Shown one piece after another: positions 58,756 through 64,000 of a DNA stretch of 64,000 bases. Location of the stretch: positions 3,733 to 67,732 of the forward strand of contig JAEUTF010000190.1 in NCBI GenBank assembly GCA_016788185.1, read 5' to 3'. Each line of letters opens with the position of its first letter. Position 1 is the first letter of the stretch. Under the pieces are notes generated by a model, which saw only the letters and a list, made by a program, of their open reading frames with translations, was not told the DNA's origin and made no database searches. This stretch comes from Bacteroidia bacterium. GTDB lineage: Bacteria; Bacteroidota; Bacteroidia; AKYH767-A; OLB10. A program made the position numbers and the translations under genes.

Positions 58756-59203
58756 TGTTCAGTTTGCCCATTACTTCTTCAGCCAGTGCCGAAAAATCTT
58801 TCGGCTCTTCGCTGATGAGCTGGTTGTAACGATCTACCGACCAGATTTCAATCTTGTTGGACCATCCGTACAGCACAAGCTCCTTATCGATTCCGGCATA
58901 TTCGCACAGACGTTTCGGCAGCAAAATGCGGCCTGCCGCGTCCAGCTCCAGCTCCGTGGCGCCGCGAAAGAAATAACGCGCGAACTCACGGTTCCTGGCT
59001 ACGAACATATTCAGCCCGTTGATCACCTCACTGATCTTCTTCCACTCGTCCATCGGAAAAAGAGAAAGACAGTTTTCGAAACCACGGTTGATCATGAATT
59101 TCTCATTGGCCTCGGGTGCTACCTGCCTGCGCAAAGCCGAAGGAAGACTCAAACGGCCTTTGGCGTCGAGCTTGCATTCGTATTCACCGTGGAATTGCGA
59201 CAT
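58727..59203 (-). CDS. mraZ: Transcriptional regulator MraZ
   Basis: Two MraZ/SpoVT-AbrB repeats: FHGEYECKLDAKGRLSLPSALR and LDAAGRILLPKRL. First gene of the dcw cluster. Confidence 0.95.
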   Translation of the reverse strand: MSQFHGEYECKLDAKGRLSLPSALRRQVAPEANEKFMINRGFENCLSLFPMDEWKKISEVINGLNMFVARNREFARYFFRGATELELDAAGRILLPKRLCEYAGIDKELVLYGWSNKIEIWSVDRYNQLISEEPKDFSALAEEVMGKLNIGGAGRDIS

Positions 59204-59250
59204 GATTCAGGTTAGGTTCAGGAGCCTTTTCGGGCTGCGGTGGTAAAAAT

Positions 59251-59290
59251 AATCCAATTTCTACCACTTCATCCCACTTTCTCCCACTTT
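59251..59290 (-). promoter_or_regulatory. MraZ-box operator array (four direct repeats at 10-bp phasing)
   Basis: The minus strand reads AAAGTGGGAG AAAGTGGGAT GAAGTGGTAG AAATTGGATT, 48-87 nt upstream of the mraZ ATG. GTGGG/GTGGT cores at 10-nt spacing match the published MraZ-binding repeat logic (TGGGN or AAAGTG[T/G] repeats). Confidence 0.6.
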
Positions 59291-59727
59291 GTTAAAAACT
59301 TTTCCGGCCTGCTTTTATTGCTTTGCAACCTGGAAAAAGGCCGCCGGATCGACCTGAAAACCGGGGCGACTTTGGCCAAATATAGGCCCCGAATTCATCT
59401 TATTATTTTAATTATTAGGCACTTATGAACAGGCTAGGGTGAACAATTAAAAATGTATGCTTCCTGATCCGGACACCCGGAAAAACGAAACGGGTCAGGT
59501 AAAATGGGCTGCCTGAGCGAATCCTGCTGATCCGATGCCCTGTTTTACCGGCAAATAAACAAATGGCTGTTAATGAATATTTTAATCTGAAACGAAAACG
59601 GGCTCATCTCCCACTTCCGGTCTAAAAGTTCCGGATCCCGAAAATTTAGCGGGGAATTCTGTCGTCTTTTAGCGTAAATCGGGCCGTTCCGGGCGATCCA
59701 CTATTTTAGGCCAATTGATTTCAGTGT

Positions 59728-60576
59728 ATGCCTGAAGCCGAACAGAAAAAATTCATCGACATTGAAGAGGTGATCAGAGGGAAGAATCCGGCCCTTCTGA
59801 GATGGATGCCCGGCTTCCTGCTCCGGTACATCAAGCGCATTATTCATCAGGACCATATCAATGATTTCATTCGCCGGCACGGCGATAAACAGTCGCATGC
59901 CTTTGTAAATGAAATTATTAAAGAATTCGGGGCGGAGGTGACCTTTGAAGGGCTGGAAAACCTACCGGCCTCCGGAGGCTGTATCATCGCGGCCAATCAT
60001 CCCATTGGCGGGTTGGATGCCATGGCCCTGATTCAGGTGCTGGCACACAAAAGAAAAGACATCAAATTCATCGTCAACGATGTACTCCTCAGCATTAAAA
60101 ACCTGGGGGAGTTCTTTGTGGGTGTTAACAAACACGGTAAAAACACCACCGAGGTGCTGGATCTCATTGACAGCTTTTATGCGGGAGAAGGCCTGATGCT
60201 CATCTTTCCGGCCGGACTCGTTTCAAGAAAGCAAAACGACGGACTGATCCGTGACCTGGTCTGGAAAAAGAGTTTTATCGTAAAGGCGAAAAAATTCAGG
60301 CGCGACATTGTGCCGGTGCACATTGCCGGCAGAAACTCCGCTTTTTTCTACAACCTCGCCCGCTTGCGCACCCGGCTGGGCATCAAAGCCAACATTGAGA
60401 TGTTTTACCTGATGGATGAGATGTATCATCAGCTCGGGAAAAATATCCATGTACGTATCGGTAAGCCGATTGCATACGAAACATTCGGTTCAACCTACAA
60501 CGATCACGAGTGGGCTCAGAAAGTAAAAGAGCATATTTATAATTTAGCCGAAGGGAAGGATCACTTCCAAGCCTGA
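59728..60576 (+). CDS. Lysophospholipid/PlsC-family O-acyltransferase (GlsA/OlsA-like)
   Basis: Acyltransferase motifs IIAANHPIGGLD (NHx..D block) and LIFPAGLVSR. Directly upstream of an OlsB/GlsB-like N-acyltransferase. Confidence 0.78.
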   Translation: MPEAEQKKFIDIEEVIRGKNPALLRWMPGFLLRYIKRIIHQDHINDFIRRHGDKQSHAFVNEIIKEFGAEVTFEGLENLPASGGCIIAANHPIGGLDAMALIQVLAHKRKDIKFIVNDVLLSIKNLGEFFVGVNKHGKNTTEVLDLIDSFYAGEGLMLIFPAGLVSRKQNDGLIRDLVWKKSFIVKAKKFRRDIVPVHIAGRNSAFFYNLARLRTRLGIKANIEMFYLMDEMYHQLGKNIHVRIGKPIAYETFGSTYNDHEWAQKVKEHIYNLAEGKDHFQA

Positions 60577-60581
60577 ATCGT

Positions 60582-61517
60582 ATGCAAGACATCATTCCAC
60601 CCGTAGCACTGGCGCTCATCGAGAAAGAACTGACGAAGGATCGTTTTGTACGCATCACCAACAACGGGTCCAACCACCTGTACATCGTCAACCAGCACAA
60701 TGCGCCGAATGTCCTCCGTGAAATCGGACGGCTAAGGGAGATCAGTTTCCGCGATGCCGGAGGAGGCACCGGCCTGGATTGTGACCTGGACACATTCGAC
60801 ACCTGCGAAAAATGCTACGAGCAACTCATCGCCTGGAATCCGGAAGAGAAGGAAATCATGGGCGGTTACCGCTTTATCCGCTGCGGTGATACTGATAAAA
60901 ACGAGGAGGGCATTTATGAATTGGCGACGGCGGAACTCTTTCATTTTTCAGAAAAATTCATCCGCGATTATCTCCCCTACACCATCGAACTGGGACGTTC
61001 ATTTGTTCAGCCAAAATACCAGCCACGACCTGAAAACCGCAAAGGACTTTTTACGCTGGATAATTTATGGGACGGTCTGGGGGCCATCCATGTAGATCAT
61101 CCCGACATCCGGTATTTTTTCGGCAAAGTCACCATGTATCCGCATTTCAATACCGAAGCGCGCGACATGATCCTGCATTTCATGCAGCATTATTTTCCTG
61201 ATCCGGAGCATCTGGTAACTCCTCTGCATCCTCTGCCCATTTTACACGACATGCGCAGCTTTGAAGCCGAGTTGCAAGAACTTCCCTATAAGGAAGGGCA
61301 TAAAATCCTGAACCACCATGTACGGGCCAGAGGAGAAAACATTCCACCGCTGGTGAACGCCTACATGAACCTCAGCGCCACCATGCGCACCTTTGGGACC
61401 TCACTGAACGATCATTTTGGCGAAGTGGAAGAAACGGGGATTTTGGTCACCCTGGCCGACATCTATGAAACCAAGAAAGAAAGGCACGTCAATACCTACG
61501 TGAAAAGCGGAGCGTAA
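60582..61517 (+). CDS. GNAT-fold N-acyl amino acid synthase (OlsB/GlsB, 'hemolysin-like' family)
   Basis: REIGRLREISFRDAGGGTGLDCDLDTFD...GGYRF and ENIPPLVNAYMNLSATM resemble the OlsB/GlsB-type lipoamino-acid N-acyltransferase family (from memory). Confidence 0.75.
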   Translation: MQDIIPPVALALIEKELTKDRFVRITNNGSNHLYIVNQHNAPNVLREIGRLREISFRDAGGGTGLDCDLDTFDTCEKCYEQLIAWNPEEKEIMGGYRFIRCGDTDKNEEGIYELATAELFHFSEKFIRDYLPYTIELGRSFVQPKYQPRPENRKGLFTLDNLWDGLGAIHVDHPDIRYFFGKVTMYPHFNTEARDMILHFMQHYFPDPEHLVTPLHPLPILHDMRSFEAELQELPYKEGHKILNHHVRARGENIPPLVNAYMNLSATMRTFGTSLNDHFGEVEETGILVTLADIYETKKERHVNTYVKSGA

Positions 61518-61546
61518 GACCAGCGAGCACTTTAAAAAAAAAGCCG

Positions 61547-62155
61547 TCAATCGGCCTGCTGCCAAATCTTCGATACCTCCGCGATGTACTTCAGCAATTC
61601 GTCCCTGCCGGTACCTTTTTCCGCCGAGGTGATGAAGAAAGGAGGCGTCTCTTCCCAGTATTCCAGCATGGCTTCGCGGAATTTCTGCACGTTTTCCTCT
61701 ACCACCGATTTGCCGATTTTATCCGACTTGGTAAACACCACGGAGACGGCGAGCCCATGCTCTCCCAGTTTATTCAAAAACGCCAGATCACTTTTTTGCG
61801 GCTCGATGCGAACATCCACCAACACAAAAACATTGAGCAGGTTTTCCCGCTTACCCAGGTATTGGTAGAGTGTTTTTTCCCATTCGGCCCGCATGGTCTG
61901 GGCCACTTTTGCATAACCGTAACCGGGGAGATCCACCAGGTACCAGTTCTTGTTGATGAGATAATGATTGATGGTTTGGGTCTTTCCGGGATGAGAGGAA
62001 GTATGGGCCAGCTCCTTGCGCTTCACCAGACAATTGATCAGCGAAGACTTCCCGACATTGGATCTTCCGATAAAAGCAAATTCCGGTAAATCGTCGGGCG
62101 GCAATTGCTCCACCTTCGCTGAACTCTTTACAAATGTGGCTGATTTGATGATCAA
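61547..62155 (-). CDS. engB: Ribosome biogenesis GTP-binding protein YihA/YsxC
   Basis: PEFAFIGRSNVGKSSLIN (G1), DLPGYGYA (G3) and TKSDK (G4). TTG start at 62155. Confidence 0.93.
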   Translation of the reverse strand: MIIKSATFVKSSAKVEQLPPDDLPEFAFIGRSNVGKSSLINCLVKRKELAHTSSHPGKTQTINHYLINKNWYLVDLPGYGYAKVAQTMRAEWEKTLYQYLGKRENLLNVFVLVDVRIEPQKSDLAFLNKLGEHGLAVSVVFTKSDKIGKSVVEENVQKFREAMLEYWEETPPFFITSAEKGTGRDELLKYIAEVSKIWQQAD

Positions 62156-62195
62156 GATAAATGAATGTATTGAATCTGCTTGGCAACAATTATCG

Positions 62196-62225
62196 AAAAA
62201 AACAGAGCTTCAAAGGCCGCTCTGT
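62196..62225 (-). terminator. Rho-independent terminator after gldC
   Basis: The minus strand reads ACAGAGC ggcctttgaa GCTCTGT followed by TTTTTTT. It begins 8 nt after the gldC stop. Confidence 0.65.
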
Positions 62226-62232
62226 CTTGCAT

Positions 62233-62583
62233 TTACTTGATCACCTTCTTCTCCTTGCCAAAGCGATGTGCAAAAGCTTTGAGTTCCTTGGCCATTTCCT
62301 TGTCGCTGGTGGAGCGCTCATAGGTATCCGCCATGCTGGCAAGCGTTTCATACATAAAGAATTCCATCTCCTCCACCGTCATTTCATGCGTCCACAGATC
62401 GATGCGCATGGTGCTTTGATCGTTTTTATCCCAGATGGCAAGCATCATGGCTTTGGCCGGCTTTTCTCCTTGTAAACCTGCATCTTCCGCGTGCCATTGT
62501 AGGCCCACGGGCTGCTTTTGTTCGTTCAGTTCCACACCGATTTTAATTTCGGAACGTCGTGCGATGGTGGTATTTATAGACAT
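62233..62583 (-). CDS. gldC: Gliding motility-associated protein GldC
   Basis: 116 aa. SEIKIGVELNEQKQPVGLQWHAEDAG...AKAMMLAIWDKNDQSTMRIDLWTHEMTVEEMEFFMYETLASMADTYERST matches my recollection of GldC (IDLWTKDM.V.EM..F..QTL). Confidence 0.78.
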   Translation of the reverse strand: MSINTTIARRSEIKIGVELNEQKQPVGLQWHAEDAGLQGEKPAKAMMLAIWDKNDQSTMRIDLWTHEMTVEEMEFFMYETLASMADTYERSTSDKEMAKELKAFAHRFGKEKKVIK

Positions 62584-62605
62584 GTTTAATACGTCAGTAG
62601 CGTGT

Positions 62606-62613
62606 CAAAAGTA
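62606..62613 (-). promoter_or_regulatory. Putative -7 promoter box for gldC
   Basis: The minus strand reads TACTTTTG (TAnnTTTG), 22 nt upstream of the gldC ATG. Confidence 0.4.
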
Positions 62614-62700
62614 GGCAATACCCCGATCAACGAAACGTTTCAGACCGTAATTCTTCGCCAGTTCGACCTGAAAATACCTAAATTAGCCTTCTGAAATTCT

Positions 62701-64000
62701 ATGGCTCCTCTCTTTTTACGACGCTTGCTCTTCTTCCTGGCCCTGCTCCTCCTGGCCAAGGATGCCGGAGCACAGTTTACCCGGGGCGTTCAGATGAATT
62801 TCGGAAAGAACAGGGTGCAGTACAATGATTTTTTGTGGACTTTTTACCGTTTCAAAAACTTTGATACCTACTTCTATCTCGGTGGTCAGGACCTGGCCAT
62901 TTATGTGGGCCGCACCGCCGATGCCGATATTGCAGAGATTGAAAAGCTCTTTGATTACCGCATCAACGGTCGCTTCCAGTTCATGATCTACAACCGTCTC
63001 ACCGATCTGAAGCAAAGCAATATCGGGCTGGAAGGCGAAGAACAAAATACGAACACGGGAGGTCTGACCCGCATTGTGGGCAATAAAATACTGGTCTATT
63101 TTGACGGCGACTACCGCCATCTGAGAGAACAGATACGCGCCGGCGTGGCACAGGTGATGATCAATCAGCTGATGTACGGCGGAAGCATCAAGGACCGGCT
63201 TCAGGCCTCCGTTTTACTCAATCTGCCCGACTGGTACGTTAACGGGCTGGTGGCCTATGTATCCAAAGGCTGGACCTTCCAGGAAGACAGCCGCATGCGC
63301 GATGCCATCCTGGGAAACAAATACCGCAACTTCAACAATCTGTCGGGACAGGAAGCACAATTTGCCGGCATGTCGCTCTGGCACTTTATCGTGGAAACCT
63401 ATGGCAGCAGCGCGGTGTCGAACCTGCTTTACATGACCCGCATCAACCGTAACATTGAAAACGGTTTCATCTATGTACTCGGGGTACCCATGAAGGAGAT
63501 CAGTAAAAACTGGCTCGACTATTACCAGCGCATGTACGTGGACGATGAAAAATCCCGGTCGCTGCCTCCCGGCGAAGCCATTTTCACCTTGAAAAAACCG
63601 GGGCGATACGTCAGCCAGGTACGGGTCAGTCCGGACGGCAACCAGGTGGCCTACGTCACCAACGAGCTCGGAAAGTTCAAGGTGTGGCTGTACGATGTAC
63701 GCAGTAAAAAAACGAAGCGGCTTTCCAAAGGCGGCTACAAATCCGTGAATCAGGCGCAGGATCTCAGTTACCCTACACTGGCCTGGCATCCTTCCGGACG
63801 TTACCTGAGTGCCATCAAGGAAAAGAAAGGAAAACTCTGGCTCGACTATTATACTCCCGGGAAAAAGATCAAAAAAGAAACGAATAAGTTTTTTTATTTC
63901 GACAAGGTGCTGGATTTTTCCTACAATTCCAGCGGATCGGAGATGGTGCTCTCCGCCGTGCAAAAAGGGCAATCGGATATTTTCAGTTTCAGTCCGAGGA
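62701..64000 (+). CDS. PD40/TolB-like beta-propeller repeat protein, N-terminal part (CDS runs off the window end)
   Basis: I translated this frame by hand from ATG 62701 to 64000 (433 codons) and found no stop. Signal peptide MAPLFLRRLLFFLALLLLAKDAGAQ. PD40-like VSPDGNQVAYVTNELGKFKVWLYD and LAWHPSGRYLSA. It is absent from the ORF track, presumably because it has no stop. The minus-strand ORFs 62716-63120 and 63214-63972 are its shadows. Confidence 0.75.
   Translation, partial: MAPLFLRRLLFFLALLLLAKDAGAQFTRGVQMNFGKNRVQYNDFLWTFYRFKNFDTYFYLGGQDLAIYVGRTADADIAEIEKLFDYRINGRFQFMIYNRLTDLKQSNIGLEGEEQNTNTGGLTRIVGNKILVYFDGDYRHLREQIRAGVAQVMINQLMYGGSIKDRLQASVLLNLPDWYVNGLVAYVSKGWTFQEDSRMRDAILGNKYRNFNNLSGQEAQFAGMSLWHFIVETYGSSAVSNLLYMTRINRNIENGFIYVLGVPMKEISKNWLDYYQRMYVDDEKSRSLPPGEAIFTLKKPGRYVSQVRVSPDGNQVAYVTNELGKFKVWLYDVRSKKTKRLSKGGYKSVNQAQDLSYPTLAWHPSGRYLSAIKEKKGKLWLDYYTPGKKIKKETNKFFYFDKVLDFSYNSSGSEMVLSAVQKGQSDIFSFSPR

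Noticed and set aside
62716-63972. Minus-strand ORFs 62716-63120 (134 aa) and 63214-63972 (252 aa) offered by the track.
   Set aside because: The plus-strand frame from ATG 62701 is open for all 433 codons to the window end. It has a signal peptide and PD40 motifs, while the minus-strand ORFs have no features.
1-64000. Scan for tRNA, rRNA, tmRNA, RNase P, CRISPR arrays, transposases, integrases, toxin-antitoxin pairs or known defence-system genes.
   Set aside because: None recognised. All intergenic regions are under about 530 bp, and I saw no tRNA-like T-arm motifs, repeat-spacer arrays or mobile-element ORFs. This was done by eye only, so a covariance-model or HMM scan could still find small RNAs.

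Overview
This 64 kb window looks like mostly core chromosome from a Bacteroidota genome. The evidence for that phylum is T9SS type A and type B C-terminal sorting domains, gldC, TAnnTTTG -7 promoter boxes, and a dcw cluster lacking murF and ddl. All protein calls come from reading the supplied translations for signature motifs, because no searches could be run.

Layout from left to right:
- a csbD-like gene and an AT-richer islet of tiny ORFs
- a DUF4349 lipoprotein
- a minus-strand block holding a small beta-barrel-like protein, a ComEA-like HhH/beta-barrel outer-membrane protein and a T9SS-secreted S8 peptidase
- purE and purK, diverging from hpt-adk-obg-PAP2-crcB-DUF2490
- a Crp/Fnr regulator followed by a signal-bearing pirin
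- a translationally coupled mbnP/mbnH-like pair, diverging from a PafA-like phosphatase and tatA
- a TetR-TolC-MFP-RND efflux operon
- an orphan Tyr/Asn-rich secreted protein
- rplU-rpmA, an EamA transporter and a DEAD-box helicase carrying DEAE in motif II
- an 854-aa ORF (778-aa CDS from the preferred ATG) encoding a T9SS cargo protein, then pheT
- a roughly 2260-aa adhesin with a T9SS type B sorting domain and 15 tandem 82-aa repeats
- the complete dcw cluster mraZ-rsmH-ftsL-ftsI-murE-mraY-murD-ftsW-murG-murC-ftsQ-ftsA-ftsZ-yqeY, preceded by a four-unit, 10-bp-phased MraZ-box array
- a glsA/glsB-like lipoamino-acid acyltransferase pair, then engB and gldC
- a 5'-partial PD40/TolB-like gene that runs off the right edge and is absent from the ORF track

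I found no tRNA or rRNA genes, CRISPR arrays, transposases, integrases or recognisable defence systems. No clearly novel multi-gene system is evident. The best leads are the HhH-beta-barrel outer-membrane module, the giant repeat adhesin that has no adjacent PorP/SprF partner, the orphan mbnPH pair, the MraZ operator with its long structured upstream non-coding region, and the lipoamino-acid gene pair.
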